A stretch of 64,000 nt of DNA from an uncultured Eubacteriales bacterium. Lineage in GTDB: Bacteria; Actinomycetota; Coriobacteriia; Anaerosomatales; PHET01. Below, in pieces: positions 1 through 11,000 of the stretch. The notes beneath the pieces were generated by a model, which did no database searches, was not told the DNA's origin, and was given only the letters and a program-made list of their open reading frames with translations. How positions within the stretch are numbered: position 1 is the stretch's first letter; every line of letters starts with the position of its first letter. The DNA lies in the NCBI GenBank assembly GCA_964492775.1, contig CAZBLH010000003.1, forward strand, positions 28,572-92,571, read 5' to 3'. The translations under genes were made by a program, and so were the position numbers.

Positions 1-161
1 AGCTTGTCCTCGTGCCCGGAGAGCAGACGCGCCGTGTATGAGGACTCGGGATCGGCACTCCGGCGCGACTCGATAGTCTCCCACAGGGCGTCGAGCACCA
101 CACCGATGCCTCCGCGCGCTGCCCCGGACTCGCGACCCGTAATGGCAGGTCCGTCACTCAT
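1..161 (-). CDS. hisE: Phosphoribosyl-ATP pyrophosphatase HisE, N-terminal part (gene runs off window start)
   Basis: Not in the ORF track. My reverse-strand translation from ATG at 161..159 gives [54 protein letters not shown], which resembles a HisE N-terminus. The ATG overlaps the hisI stop (ATGAGTGA). It is the last gene of the his operon. Confidence 0.8.
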   Translation of the reverse strand, partial: MSDGPAITGRESGAARGGIGVVLDALWETIESRRSADPESSYTARLLSGHEDK

Positions 162-573
162 CGCAACCGCCCTTCGCCAGCGACTCCGGGTTCGGATAGA
201 GACGGCGGTAGAAGCAGGAGCGCTCGTTGGTGTGGCAGGCGCCCGGGCCATGCTGGGTAACCTTCACAAGCAGGCAATCGGCATCGCAGTCGTAGAGGAT
301 CTCGTGCACGTCCTGCGTGTGGCCGCTGCTTTCGCCCTTCATCCAGTACTTCTGGCGGCTGCGGCTCCAGAACCAGGTCTTTCCGGTCGCAATCGTCTCA
401 GCGAGCGACTCGCGGTTCATGTACGCAACCATCAGCACCTCGCCGGTCGCATTGTCCTGCACGACGGCGGGAATCAGCCCAGCCGAGTCGTACGTGAACG
501 CGTCAATGCCGAGAAGGTCGTGCTCGCGGTCTACCATGATCGCTCCTGTATCCTCGTCGCTGCGTGGGACCAT
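154..573 (-). CDS. hisI: Phosphoribosyl-AMP cyclohydrolase HisI
   Basis: 139 aa ORF with typical HisI motifs ([29 protein letters not shown], DCDxD, ACHT). An alternative start is the Met at 537. Confidence 0.93.
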   Translation of the reverse strand: MVPRSDEDTGAIMVDREHDLLGIDAFTYDSAGLIPAVVQDNATGEVLMVAYMNRESLAETIATGKTWFWSRSRQKYWMKGESSGHTQDVHEILYDCDADCLLVKVTQHGPGACHTNERSCFYRRLYPNPESLAKGGCDE

Positions 574-621
574 TGTCGGCCTACCGGCCGACCGGTCACC
601 ACGTCGTGCCTGCCTTCCCAG

Positions 622-1389
622 TCAGAGGCGAACCGGCACCCCGTGGGCTGCCATGTGCTCTTTGACCTGCCGAACAGTGAACGTGCCGAAATGAAACACC
701 GAGGCTGCAAGCACCGCATCAGCATCGGCCTCGACCACGATCTCAGGAAAGTGGTCGAGCTCCCCCGCCCCCCCGCTCGCAATCACCGGGATGTTCACGG
801 CGCCGGTGATCGCGCGCGTCAGGTCGATGTCATAACCCTCTTGGGTCCCGTCGCAGTCCATACTCGTGAGCAGGATCTCCCCCGCACCGCGCCGCTCGGC
901 CTCGCGTGCCCACTCCACGGCGTCGAGCCCGGTGTTGATGCGCCCGCCCGACACGAAGACCTCCCAGCGACCGGGCGTGGAACCCGGCACGCGCCGAGCG
1001 TCGATCGCGACCACGATGCACTGCGATCCGAACGCACGGCTGACCTCGGTGACAAGCTCCGGGCTCTTGACCGCCGAGGAGTTCATCGAGATCTTGTCGC
1101 ATCCGGCAAGGAGCATCGCCCGGATATCGGCCGCGGTGCGCATCCCGCCGCCGACCGTGTAGGGAATGAAGCACTCCTCGGCGGTGCGCCTCGCGAGGTC
1201 CAGCATGTAAGGCCGCTCCTCGTGTGTGGCGGTGATATCGAGGAACACGAGCTCGTCGGCGCCCTCGCGGTCGTAGACGGCCGCCATCTCCACCGGGTCT
1301 CCGGCATCGCGCAGGTTCACGAAGTTGATGCCCTTGACCACTCGGCCTTCGTGGACATCGAGGCAGGGTATGACGCGTTTCATCAGCAT
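622..1389 (-). CDS. hisF: Imidazole glycerol phosphate synthase cyclase subunit HisF
   Basis: 255 aa. N-terminus [20 protein letters not shown] and the motifs FLDITAT and ASGGAG are canonical HisF. Confidence 0.96.
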   Translation of the reverse strand: MLMKRVIPCLDVHEGRVVKGINFVNLRDAGDPVEMAAVYDREGADELVFLDITATHEERPYMLDLARRTAEECFIPYTVGGGMRTAADIRAMLLAGCDKISMNSSAVKSPELVTEVSRAFGSQCIVVAIDARRVPGSTPGRWEVFVSGGRINTGLDAVEWAREAERRGAGEILLTSMDCDGTQEGYDIDLTRAITGAVNIPVIASGGAGELDHFPEIVVEADADAVLAASVFHFGTFTVRQVKEHMAAHGVPVRL

Positions 1390-1453
1390 GCGCAGTGTGT
1401 CCTCACGACTCTCGTCAGCGTCTCGCGGCAGGCTCGCCGGCGGTCACCAGTCT

Positions 1454-2188
1454 TCAGTACTCGCCCCGGACCGCGCGGATAGCGTGCTTGAGCTTGAACG
1501 CGCCCTCGTATAACGCGCGCCCGGTTATGGCTCCTTCGATGACATCGGGACCGAGAGCGCCCAGTTCCCGGAGATCGTCGAGCGTCGAAACGCCCCCGGA
1601 CGCGATCACCGGGAAGCCGGCGGCCTCGGCAACGGCCTCGTAGGCCTCGACGTCCACCCCGGTCCGCATCCCGTCGCGACTGATGTCGGTATAGACGAGG
1701 TGCCGGATGCTCAGCTCGGCCAACTCACCGATAAGGTCCGCAGCCGGCGTCGCGGTCCCCTCGCGCCATCCTTCGACTGCGACAAGCCCATCGCGCGCAT
1801 CAACGCCGGCTACGATTGCCTCGGGCCCGAAGCGCTGGACCGCCTCGCGAACGAACCCGGGGTCCGTCGCGAGCTTGGTGCCGACCACCATCCGGGTTAC
1901 GCCGCTGTCAGCGAGCCTGGCCATCGTGTCGAGCGTACGGATGCCGCCACCGGTCTGAACCGGGAGGCCCACCTCGGCAGCAATACGCGCCACCACCTCG
2001 AGGTTCCCGGGCACGCCGTCCCGGGCGCCGTCGAGGTCGACGACGTGCAGCCACTCGGCTCCCGCATCGGCGAACTCCCGTGCCTTGGCGACGGGGTCCT
2101 CCGCGTACACGGTAACCCGCTCGTAATCCCCTTGAGCTAGCCGAACCGCTCGGCCATCGAGGAGGTCGATCGCAGGGAAGACGATCAT
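1454..2188 (-). CDS. hisA: ProFAR isomerase HisA
   Basis: 244 aa. MIVFPAIDLLDGRAVRL, VQTGGGIR and ASGGVS are HisA hallmarks. The ATG overlaps the hisH stop (ATGA). Confidence 0.95.
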   Translation of the reverse strand: MIVFPAIDLLDGRAVRLAQGDYERVTVYAEDPVAKAREFADAGAEWLHVVDLDGARDGVPGNLEVVARIAAEVGLPVQTGGGIRTLDTMARLADSGVTRMVVGTKLATDPGFVREAVQRFGPEAIVAGVDARDGLVAVEGWREGTATPAADLIGELAELSIRHLVYTDISRDGMRTGVDVEAYEAVAEAAGFPVIASGGVSTLDDLRELGALGPDVIEGAITGRALYEGAFKLKHAIRAVRGEY

Positions 2189-2805
2189 CCGCGCGCTCCT
2201 TCCACGATCTGTCCGAAGTTCGACAGCAGCTTGAGCCCTGCCGCCGACGACTTCTCCGGGTGGAACTGCACCGCGAAGATGTTGCCCACGGTAAGCGCGG
2301 AGGCGAACCGGACACCGTACTCGGTAGTGCCCGACACGACGCTCTCGTCCTTGGGCACTATTCGGTAGCTATGCACGAAGTAGAACGCGGTCGACTCGGG
2401 GATGCCGTCGAACAGCCGGCTCGAACGCGGGTACTCGACGGTGTTCCAGCCGATGTGGGGCACCTTGACGCCCCCGGGCAATCGCTCGCAGTCGCCGGGG
2501 ACAAGGCCGAGTCCCGCCCACTCGCCGTCTTCATGGCTGATGTCGGCCAGAAGCTGAAGGCCGAGGCAGATGCCGAGAAACGGCGTGCCGTGAGCGACGC
2601 GATGCCTGAGGGCCTCCTCAATTCCGCTCGCGCGCAGCGCTGCCGCAGCATCTCGAAACGCTCCCACGCCAGGGAGCACGATGCCGTCTGCGCGCTCCAC
2701 CACCGACGGGTCGTCGGTCACGAGGACATCGGCAATGCCGGCGTGCTCGAAGCCCTTCTGAACGCTGCGCAGGTTGCCCATCCGGTAGTCGATGATCGCG
2801 ATCAC
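2185..2805 (-). CDS. hisH: Imidazole glycerol phosphate synthase glutaminase subunit HisH
   Basis: The track ORF (2185..3111) is over-extended. The HisH homology starts at VIAIIDYRMGNLRSV. That GTG at 2805 overlaps the hisB stop (GTGA). The GICLGLQ catalytic Cys motif and the HSY/FHPEKS motif are present. Confidence 0.93.
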   Translation of the reverse strand: MIAIIDYRMGNLRSVQKGFEHAGIADVLVTDDPSVVERADGIVLPGVGAFRDAAAALRASGIEEALRHRVAHGTPFLGICLGLQLLADISHEDGEWAGLGLVPGDCERLPGGVKVPHIGWNTVEYPRSSRLFDGIPESTAFYFVHSYRIVPKDESVVSGTTEYGVRFASALTVGNIFAVQFHPEKSSAAGLKLLSNFGQIVEGARG

Positions 2806-3389
2806 AGAGCGCCCTTCGTCGACGGCACACCGGATACGCGCGGGTCGAGCGAGACGGCGTCTTTGAGTGCACGCGCGACGGACTTGAAGACCGCTTCGAT
2901 GATGTGATGGCTGTTGTCGCCGGCCAGAGACCGTACGTGAAGCGTCATCCCCGCGCTCGTGGCCAGCGCCACGAAGAACTCCTTGGCCAGCGTCGTGTCG
3001 AAGGTGCCGATGATCTCGATCGGCAGGTCGACCGAGTAGTGAAGCTGCCCTCTGCCGGAGAGGTCGATTGCGGCGAGCACGATCGCCTCGTCCATCGGCA
3101 CCGCCGACCACCCGAAGCGCGTGATTCCAACCTTGTCGCCGAGGGCAGAGGCGAGCGCCTGGCCGATCACTATGCCGACGTCCTCGACGGTGTGGTGTGC
3201 ATCCACCTCAAGGTCGCCGGTCGCCTCGACGGTTAGGTCGATGAGCGCGTGGCGTCCGAGTGCTGTGAGCATGTGGTCGAAGAAGGGCACACCCGTCTCG
3301 GCACGCGTCGTACCGGTGCCGTCAAGATCGAGCGTGACCGCGATGTCGGTCTCGGCGGTCTTGCGCTGTATCGTCGCGTCTCTTGCCAC
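2802..3389 (-). CDS. hisB: Imidazoleglycerol-phosphate dehydratase HisB
   Basis: 195 aa. RKTAETDI, FFDHML, DxHHxxED and NSHHIIEAxFK motifs are present. GTG start. Confidence 0.95.
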   Translation of the reverse strand: MARDATIQRKTAETDIAVTLDLDGTGTTRAETGVPFFDHMLTALGRHALIDLTVEATGDLEVDAHHTVEDVGIVIGQALASALGDKVGITRFGWSAVPMDEAIVLAAIDLSGRGQLHYSVDLPIEIIGTFDTTLAKEFFVALATSAGMTLHVRSLAGDNSHHIIEAVFKSVARALKDAVSLDPRVSGVPSTKGAL

Positions 3390-3403
3390 GCCAGGTCCCC
3401 CTT

Positions 3404-4528
3404 CTAGTCCCGCGCTTGGAGTTCGGCGGCCGCGCGCTCGCCGAAGTGCTCGGCGGCTCGGCGAAGCGAAAGCACCTCGTCGGTCGCCTCAAGGAAGCGG
3501 CGGTTCTCCTCGTGCGTGCCGACCGTGACGCGCAAGCAGTCATCGAGTCCCGGGGTGCGCGAGAAGTCACGCACCAGCACCGAGTAGTTGCGCAGCAGGT
3601 CGCGCCAGAGCGCAGAGGCATGCGACACACGGAAGAGCACGAAGTTCGCCTCGGACTCGAAGACCTCGACCCCGTGCATGATGCGCAGCCCATGGATGAG
3701 CTGGTCGCGGCCACGGAGCGTCTCGGACACGCCCTGCTCGAACGCGACGCGCTCCCGGTAGACCATGGCAGCAACCATCTGGGAGAAGGCATCCACCGAG
3801 TACGGCTGGCGCACTTTCATCACCTCGCGCACCACCTCCGGGTGCGCGAGCATATAGCCGATGCGCAGACCCGCGAGCGAGAACGCTTTGGAGAAGGTGC
3901 GCAGGATGACGAGGTTGGCGTGACGCGACATGTGCGGCCGCATCGTGTGCCGGCTGAACTCGAAGTACGCCTCGTCCACAAGCACGAGCGCGTCGGTCGA
4001 CTCGAGCAACTCGATCAGGAACGACTCGTTTGCGAGCCCTCCGGTCGGGTTGTTCGGGTTAGATATGGCGATGATGTCGATGTCGCCCTCACGCACCCGC
4101 GCAAGGACGGCCTCCTCATCGATGGAGAAGTCCGCGCGACGCGGGATGCTCACGGCCTCGGTGCCCGTCGCCTGCGCGTCGATGCCGTACATCGAGAAGG
4201 TCGGCGGCATGTCGAGCAGCTTGCGTCCGGGCCCGCCCCATGCGAGCGCCAGGTTGAAGATGATCTCGTCTCCTCCGTTGCCGACAAGGACGTTCGCCGC
4301 ATCCAGCCCATTCGCCTCGGCAATCAGCTCGCACAGCTCCGTCGCAACCGGATCCGGGTAACGGTTGTAGGCGAAGCTCTCCATCCGGCTGGCGATCTTG
4401 GAGAGCAGCTCTTGGGGCAGGTTTGCAGGATGCTCGTTGGAGGCAAGCATCACGTCGGCCCGGATGTCTTTGGCGCTATAAGGAACGAGCTGCTCGAGAT
4501 CCTGCCGAGGGGCCCTCAGACGCTTCAT
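3404..4528 (-). CDS. hisC: Histidinol-phosphate aminotransferase HisC
   Basis: The track ORF extends to 4681, but homology begins at MKRLRAPRQDLEQLVPY (ATG at 4528). This is 1 nt after the hisD stop, with AGGAG upstream. It shows class II aminotransferase features, including NPNNPTG and RTFSKAFSLAGLRIGY (PLP lysine). Confidence 0.92.
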   Translation of the reverse strand: MKRLRAPRQDLEQLVPYSAKDIRADVMLASNEHPANLPQELLSKIASRMESFAYNRYPDPVATELCELIAEANGLDAANVLVGNGGDEIIFNLALAWGGPGRKLLDMPPTFSMYGIDAQATGTEAVSIPRRADFSIDEEAVLARVREGDIDIIAISNPNNPTGGLANESFLIELLESTDALVLVDEAYFEFSRHTMRPHMSRHANLVILRTFSKAFSLAGLRIGYMLAHPEVVREVMKVRQPYSVDAFSQMVAAMVYRERVAFEQGVSETLRGRDQLIHGLRIMHGVEVFESEANFVLFRVSHASALWRDLLRNYSVLVRDFSRTPGLDDCLRVTVGTHEENRRFLEATDEVLSLRRAAEHFGERAAAELQARD

Positions 4529-4529
4529 G

Positions 4530-5882
4530 TCACTCCTGCTCTTCGTAGTCTTCGGATTCGCCCAGGTCCTCGTCGAACAGGCCGAGGCGCATGTTCTCCG
4601 CCAGGTCGAGCCTGAGCGAAACGGCCCGGCCGTGGGCCCACAAGCCCTCGCGCTCGGCCAGCTCCAGCACAGAAGGCCCATCGATCTCGAGCGCTTCGAG
4701 ACTGTAGCCGAGAACCGAGGACTTCTTCACGAAGTCATCGACGGACAGCGGCGACGAGAACCTGGCCGTGCCGCCCGTAGGAAGCACATGGTTGGGACCG
4801 GCGATGTAATCCCCCACGCTCTCGGGAGTCCAGTTGCCGAGGAAGATCGCGCCTGCGTTCTTGATCGCGCCGATGAGCTCGTACGGCTCCGACATCTGCA
4901 CCTCCAGGTGCTCGGGCGCGATAAGGTCGACAGCGTCGAGCGCGGCGACTATGTCAGGGCACACCACCACGAGCCCGTTATCGATGAGCGAGCGCGACGT
5001 GATCTCGCCGCGAGGAGACTCGGCAATCAGAATCTCGAGCGCCTCCTCAACTAGGTCGGGGAGCTCTGGGTCCACCGTCACGAGGTACGTGGCGGCGCGC
5101 GGGTCGTGTTCGGCCTGCGCCATCAAGTCAATGGCCACGAGCCCGGCAACTGCCGTCTCGTCGGCAAGCACGAGGACCTCAGACGGGCCGGCGAGCATGT
5201 CGATACCCACGTCGCCCATCACGAGCTTCTTAGCGGCCGTGACATACGCGTTGCCGGGTCCGGTGACCTTGTCGACCCGAGGGATCGTATCGGTGCCGTA
5301 CGCGAGTGCGGCAATCGCCTGCGCACCCCCCACCTTGTAGATCTCGGTCACACCAACGTGCGCGGCCGCGGCCAGCGTATGCGGGTCCACGCTACCATCC
5401 GCCGCCGGCGGGACGACCATGGCGATCTCTTCGACCCCAGCCACAAGCGCGGGGATTCCGTTCATAAGAACACTGGAGGGGTAGCGTGCGCGCCCGCCCG
5501 GCACGTAGATTCCGACGCGCGCGATGGGCGTGATCTTCTGGCCAAGGAAGATGCCCTCCTGCGCGGTCGTGAACCAGCTCTGCGGAACCTGCCGCTCGTG
5601 GAAGTCCTCGATGGCCGCGGCGGCTGTCGCGATCGCGTCGAGGAATGCCTCGTCAACCTGGGACGTTGCCGCCGCGATCTCCGCCTCGCTGACCCGAAGC
5701 GCGCTCAGCTCGGCCTTGTCGAACTGCTGAGTGTACTCAAGAAGCGCTTCGTCGCCGCGCCTGCGGACGTCATCGATGATGCGCGCGGCAACGCCGAGGA
5801 CCTCGACATCGACACCCCCACTACGCGAAAGGTCGGCCTCGGTGAGCCTTTGTCCCGGTTCGAGCACGATCCGGCGCATCAT
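4530..5882 (-). CDS. hisD: Histidinol dehydrogenase HisD
   Basis: 450 aa with typical HisD blocks (YVPGGRA.YPSSVLM, GPGNAYV, AGPSEV, QAEHD, NHVLPT). Confidence 0.95.
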   Translation of the reverse strand: MMRRIVLEPGQRLTEADLSRSGGVDVEVLGVAARIIDDVRRRGDEALLEYTQQFDKAELSALRVSEAEIAAATSQVDEAFLDAIATAAAAIEDFHERQVPQSWFTTAQEGIFLGQKITPIARVGIYVPGGRARYPSSVLMNGIPALVAGVEEIAMVVPPAADGSVDPHTLAAAAHVGVTEIYKVGGAQAIAALAYGTDTIPRVDKVTGPGNAYVTAAKKLVMGDVGIDMLAGPSEVLVLADETAVAGLVAIDLMAQAEHDPRAATYLVTVDPELPDLVEEALEILIAESPRGEITSRSLIDNGLVVVCPDIVAALDAVDLIAPEHLEVQMSEPYELIGAIKNAGAIFLGNWTPESVGDYIAGPNHVLPTGGTARFSSPLSVDDFVKKSSVLGYSLEALEIDGPSVLELAEREGLWAHGRAVSLRLDLAENMRLGLFDEDLGESEDYEEQE

Positions 5883-5967
5883 CTCGATGGTCTCCTATCT
5901 CCACTACCGTCCGCTTTCGTGGCGTACTCCATGTCTGCAGTCTCACCGTCCTGAGCGCATCCTGCGG

Positions 5968-6651
5968 TCAGGGGCGCCAGGCCTCTCCCGATTCTACCGA
6001 CAGCGCCGATAGCGCATCGGCGAGTTCGACCACGCGCTTGTCAATGCGCGTAGCCACCGGGTTGCCCACGAACCGAGCCGTCGACGACCAGACGTCCTCC
6101 ACGACCCTGAGCCCGTTCTCACGAAGCGTCGTGCCCGTCGCGGTGATGTCGACGATCACGTCCGCCATCCCCGTGAGCGGCGCAAGCTCTATGTTCCCGT
6201 AGAGCTTCACGATCTCAACCTGGATGCCGCGCTCGTCAAAATGCGCCTGCGCGATGTTGGGGTACTTCGTGGCGACGCGAAGCACACCGAGCTGGCCGTA
6301 CCGCTCGTAGATCTCGTCGCAGCCGACCGGCGCCGCGACCACGAACTTGCACCCGCCGAAGCCGAGATCGACGAGCCCGGATACCTCCAGTCCGGCCTCT
6401 ACGAGCACGTCACGCCCGGCTATGCCGCAGTCAGCGCCACCGTAGGCGACGTAGATCGGGACATCCGAGGGCTTGGCGATCACCACCTCGGCCTGTGGGA
6501 TGTCGATGATCAGCTGCCGTCCGGGATTCTCAAGCGCCGAGGTGTCCCACCCCGCGCCGGCAAGCATCGTCAGGCTGCCCTCGTACAGGGCGCCCTTGGG
6601 AACGGCGATCCGCAACTTCCTGTCGAACGCTCCACGCGCCGTCGCGATCAT
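5968..6651 (-). CDS. hisG: ATP phosphoribosyltransferase, short form HisG
   Basis: 227 aa short-form HisG (LRIAVPKG, DVPIYV, GIAG.D, TGTTLREN). The ATG overlaps the hisZ stop (ATGA). Pairing with hisZ is expected for short-form enzymes. Confidence 0.93.
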   Translation of the reverse strand: MIATARGAFDRKLRIAVPKGALYEGSLTMLAGAGWDTSALENPGRQLIIDIPQAEVVIAKPSDVPIYVAYGGADCGIAGRDVLVEAGLEVSGLVDLGFGGCKFVVAAPVGCDEIYERYGQLGVLRVATKYPNIAQAHFDERGIQVEIVKLYGNIELAPLTGMADVIVDITATGTTLRENGLRVVEDVWSSTARFVGNPVATRIDKRVVELADALSALSVESGEAWRP

Positions 6652-7919
6652 CGCGCATCGCCCCCCGCAGGCAGCTGCACGCGCCCGGTAGGCTCGCCCG
6701 CGCCATCGAGGCGCTCGACAACCAACTCGCCGGCTTCGCCGCCACCGCTCGCCCAGAGCGCCTCGATGGCGCCGCTGCGCTCGGCCTCACGCGCGAGTTC
6801 GATCCCGCTTCGGCCCGAGAGGCGCACGCATAGCCCGGCCGAGCGCAGCGCGGCGGCGGCCGCGAAGGCGGCCTCCGCCGGCGAGCCCCCGACGACGGCG
6901 TCGAGCTGCGGGGCGGGCGGCTCGGCGTCCTGCTCGGCGAGCGCGATCAGAACCCGCTCGACGCCGAGCGCGAAACCCGCCGCCGGCGACGGCTGCCCCA
7001 GCCGTCCCAGCACGCCGTCGTAGCGCCCCCCGCCGCCGAGCGGCACGCCCACCCCCGGTGCGTACGCCTCGATGACGATTCCGGTGTAGTAGTCGAAGGA
7101 GCGCATGACCGAGAAGTCGGCGATCACCTCGCCCGCAATCCCGCCCGCCTCGAGCAGCGCGAACGTCTCCGCGAGCGCATCGAGCGCGTCTTGGCACCCG
7201 AACCCGGCAGTCAGCTCGCCGCAGGCGTCAACTGCGTCGGCAGTGCCCCGGAGACGCGGCACCGCGCGCAGCGCCTCTCCAGCCGCTGGCGCCACGCCCT
7301 CGGCGCGGGAAAGCCGGTCGATCCCTACCAGGTCGCGGCCATGCGCCGCTGCGACGACCGCCTCGCCCCATGCTGCGTCCATCCCGGCGGCCGCCACGAC
7401 AGCCGATAGCACCTCAACCGAGCCGACGGCCACGGTGAACCTGGGCAGCCCGGCGCTTCGCAGCGCCTCCACGAGCGCCGAGATCACCTCGGCGTCGGCG
7501 GCTGGCCCAGCAGTGCCGATCAGCTCGATGCCTGCCTGAGTGAACTGCCGCGCCTGGCCACGAAGCGATTCGTGCTCCCGAAACACGGATGCGAGATAGC
7601 GGAGCCGGTGCGGGCCCGGCTTGTCGGCAAGGCGGGCAGCGGCCATCCGCGCGATCGGGACAGTGAGATCGGGCCTAAGCGCGAGCAGCCGCCCGTCAGT
7701 GTCAGAAAGGGTGAATGCGGTACCGGAGAGCGGGCCTGCACCCGCCTCGAGCATGTCGAGGCGCTCGACCACAGGAGTCTCGACAAGCGAGTATCCCCAC
7801 GCGGACAGCGCCGCGCCTATGCGTGCCATCACGACCTCGCGCGAGGCCGCCTCATCCGGCATCACGTCGCGGAAGCCTCTCGCAGTAACAGGACGCACGA
7901 AGACCACACCTTCAATCAT
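6648..7919 (-). CDS. hisZ: ATP phosphoribosyltransferase regulatory subunit HisZ (HisRS paralog)
   Basis: 423 aa with a class II aaRS-like core (RGFRD, RLRY...VFR, GGGRYD). It sits directly upstream of, and overlaps, short-form hisG. Confidence 0.85.
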   Translation of the reverse strand: MIEGVVFVRPVTARGFRDVMPDEAASREVVMARIGAALSAWGYSLVETPVVERLDMLEAGAGPLSGTAFTLSDTDGRLLALRPDLTVPIARMAAARLADKPGPHRLRYLASVFREHESLRGQARQFTQAGIELIGTAGPAADAEVISALVEALRSAGLPRFTVAVGSVEVLSAVVAAAGMDAAWGEAVVAAAHGRDLVGIDRLSRAEGVAPAAGEALRAVPRLRGTADAVDACGELTAGFGCQDALDALAETFALLEAGGIAGEVIADFSVMRSFDYYTGIVIEAYAPGVGVPLGGGGRYDGVLGRLGQPSPAAGFALGVERVLIALAEQDAEPPAPQLDAVVGGSPAEAAFAAAAALRSAGLCVRLSGRSGIELAREAERSGAIEALWASGGGEAGELVVERLDGAGEPTGRVQLPAGGDAR

Positions 7920-8026
7920 TCACGGGAACGTGTGTGGGTTCGCCGCGCTCGGCTCGCCCTCATTCTGCCACTCTATCACAGTAGAGTGCTAAAGCACAAC
8001 CAAGCCCGTCCGCAGCATCATGCGCC

Positions 8027-11000
8027 TCAGGCCTCGATGGCGGCCGCTCCGAACAGCTCCATCAACTCGGCATGCAGGCCACCGGCGTCAGCGTCCACGC
8101 GCTCCTGCATCCTGCACGTGATTGTCTTGCCCGCGGCGGCATCCCAGACCTTCAGCTCGACGATGTCGCTACCAGGGTAGTGTCCGAGCGCGCGCTTGAG
8201 CTTCTCGGCGCGCCCGTTCACAAGCGCATCGCCGTCGGCGTTGACCACCAGTCGCTTCGGGGGACGGCCGAACTTGCTGCCGTCGAACTCCTCCGCGGCG
8301 AGCACCATGAGCTTCTTGCCGCGATCGTTGTCCTCGAGCTTCGCCCGCACGCGCAAGACCCGGTCGACCTCGAGTATCGCGCTGTACTGTTCGTACGTCT
8401 TCGGGAAGAAGACCGCCTCGATCGAGCCGTCCAGGTCCTCGATCTCGACCGTCGCCATCATGGCGCCCTTCTTGGTGGGTCGCCGGTCTACCGAGGCCAC
8501 GATGCCCGCGAACCAGCCGCTGGAGCCGTCGGGGAGCTCCTCGATGTCGCCGAGCGAGTGATCGGCGGCCGCTCTGACCTGGTCGGCGATCTCGCGGAGA
8601 GGGTGATCCGAGACGTAGATGCCGAGCATCTCTTTCTCGAACGCAAGCTTCATCTTCTTGTCCCACTCGTCATCGGTGGGCTCAGGCACGTCGACCGAGA
8701 ACCCGTTGTCCTCGGCGGCGAGCATGTCAAACATCGACACTTGGCCAGTCGCGCGATCGCGCTGGCGCTTCACGGCGGCGTCAACGCAGTTGTCCATCAT
8801 CGACATCAGGTGCTTGCGGGTGTAGCCGGTGGAGTCGAACGCGCCGGCCTTGATGAGCGCCTCGATCGTCCTCTTGTTCATGCTCGAGAGTTCCACTCGA
8901 TCGCAGAAGTCCTGGAGCGATGCGAACGGGCCCGACTCACGGGCTGCAATGATGCCCTCGACCACAGACTCCCCCACTCCGCGGATTCCCGCGAGGCCGA
9001 AACGGATGGCCCCGTCGACCACGGTGAAGTACGCTCCCGAGCTGTTCACATCGGGCGGCAGCACCGAGATGCCCGCGCGGTTGCAGGCGCCCAGGTAGTG
9101 GACGATCTTCTCGGTCTTGCCGGTATAGCTGGTGAGCACCGCTGCCATGAACTCGAGCGGGTAGTGCGCCTTGAGGTACGCGGTCTGGTACGAGAGGACG
9201 CCATAGGCGGCTGCGTGACTCTTGTTGAAGGCGTACTTCGCGAACTCGGCGATATCGCGCCAGAGCTCCTCGACGACCCGCGCGTCGTACCCGCGCTCTA
9301 CCGAGCCCTCGACAAACTGCGGTTTGAGTTCGTCCATGATGGCCTGGATCTTCTTGCCCATGCCCTTGCGCAGCTTGTCGGCTTTGGCAGCGGTGAACCC
9401 CGCCATCTCCATCGAGATCTGCATGACCTGCTCCTGGTAGACCATCAACCCGTAGGTCTCCTCCAGGATCGGCTTCAGACGGTCGTCGTAGTACTTAATA
9501 GGCGCCTTGCCGTGCTTGCGCTTGATGAAGTTCGGGATCGAGTCCATCGGACCCGGGCGGTAGAGCGCGACGACGGCGACGATATCGGCGAACTGGTTCG
9601 GCTTGAGCTGCTTCAGCACGTTGCGCATGCCCGGCGACTCGACCTGGAACACACCGTCGGTGTCGCCGCGCTGGAGCAGCTTGAAGGTGGCATCGTCGTC
9701 GAAGGGGATCTCGTCGATGTTGATGTCGACGCCGCGGTTCTCTCGGATCTGCCTCAGTGCGGTGGCAATCACAGTGAGGGTGCGCAGGCCGAGAAAGTCC
9801 ATCTTGAGCAGGCCCAGATCGGCGACGGTGGGACCGTCGTACTGGGTGATGACAGCGCCACCCTTGGTGTCACGCTTCACCGGAACGTGCATGTCCAGCG
9901 GATCGGGGCAGATGACCACGCCGGCGGCGTGCACGCCCTCGTTGCGAGTGATGCCCTCGATTGCGCGGGCCGCGTCAATGATGCGCTTCGTGTCCGGGTT
10001 GCTCTTGTAGTCGGCTACAAGCTCGGGGCTCGGCGGAATCCCCTCTTTCTTGTCGCCGTTCAGCGCCTGGTCGATGGTGATGTCCAGGGGCATCGCCGGG
10101 ATCATCTTCGAGATGCGGTCCGGCACACCGTACGGGAACCCGAGGACCCGGCCGGCATCGCGGACAGCCGCGCGCGCCTTCATGGTGCCGAAGGTGATGA
10201 TCTGCGCCACCTTCTCGTCACCGTACTTGCGTCTTACGTAGTCGATGACCTCGCCGCGGCGCTCGTCGTCGAAGTCCATATCGATATCGGGCATCTCGGT
10301 CCGCTCGGGGTTCAGGAACCGCTCGAACAGCAGGCCGTTCTCGATGGGGTCGAGCGCGGTGATGCCGAGCGTGTAGCTGATGATCGAACCGGCCGCCGAG
10401 CCGCGGCCCGGGCCCACGCCGATGTCGTTGTCCTTCGCCCACTGGGTGAAGTCGGCGACGATCAGGAAGTAGGCGGCAAGCCCCTTCCCGTTCACGACCT
10501 CGAGCTCGTACTCGAGGCGCTCCATGACCGTGTCAGGCAGCGGGTCGCCGTACCGGGCCTTCGCGCCCTCGATGCAGCGCGAGCGCAACAGCGACTCGGA
10601 CGTGTGCTCCTCCGGCAGCGGGAACGCCGGGAGGATGATCTTGCCGAACTCCATCGACAGCGAGCACTTCTCGGCGACATCGAGGGTGTTCGTGATCGCC
10701 TCGGGGTACTCCGAGAGCGACTCTGCCATCTCCTCGGGCGTCTTCATGTAGAACTGGTCGCAGGAGAACTTCATTCGCCCCGGCTGGTCGAGCGTCGAGC
10801 CGGTGCCGATGCACAGCAGCAGGTCCTGGGTCTCGGAGTCGCGCTTCTCCAGGTAGTGGATATCGTTCGTTCCCACAAGCCCGAGTCCGAGCTCTGAGGC
10901 TATCGAACTCAGCTCCCGGTTGATCTGGGCCTGGCTGATGCCGTTGTCGGCAACGATGCCCTGATCCTGCAGCTCGATGTAGAAGTCGCCGGGCGCGAAG

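Noticed and set aside
4-1482. 492-aa plus-strand ORF covering the window start
   Set aside because: It is antisense to hisE, hisI and hisF, which have unmistakable homology. The product is Arg/Ala/Gly/Pro-rich low-complexity sequence, typical of a GC-rich antisense frame.
3383-4615. 410-aa plus-strand ORF
   Set aside because: It is antisense to hisC. The same applies to 13644..14996 (antisense to cimA), 29096..30391, 30307..31281, 44038..45378, 38380..39663 and 51332..52687 (antisense to glycan or cytochrome genes). All have R/A/G/P/D-rich compositions and no family resemblance.
5883-5967. 85-nt gap between hisG and hisD with short inverted repeats (possible attenuator)
   Set aside because: The stems are only about 5 bp. 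There is no leader peptide with His codons and no T-box features. It is likely just an intercistronic spacer.
7920-8026. Possible his-operon promoter or leader (TTGGTT-17-TGTGAT-like element, small GTGC-TTTA-GCAC hairpin)
   Set aside because: The match to consensus is weak, and no His-rich leader peptide or T-box specifier structure could be traced by eye. It is too uncertain to annotate.
8072-10897. 941-aa plus-strand ORF
   Set aside because: It lies entirely antisense to dnaE. It has no recognisable motifs and is an artefact of stop-codon scarcity in a high-GC genome.
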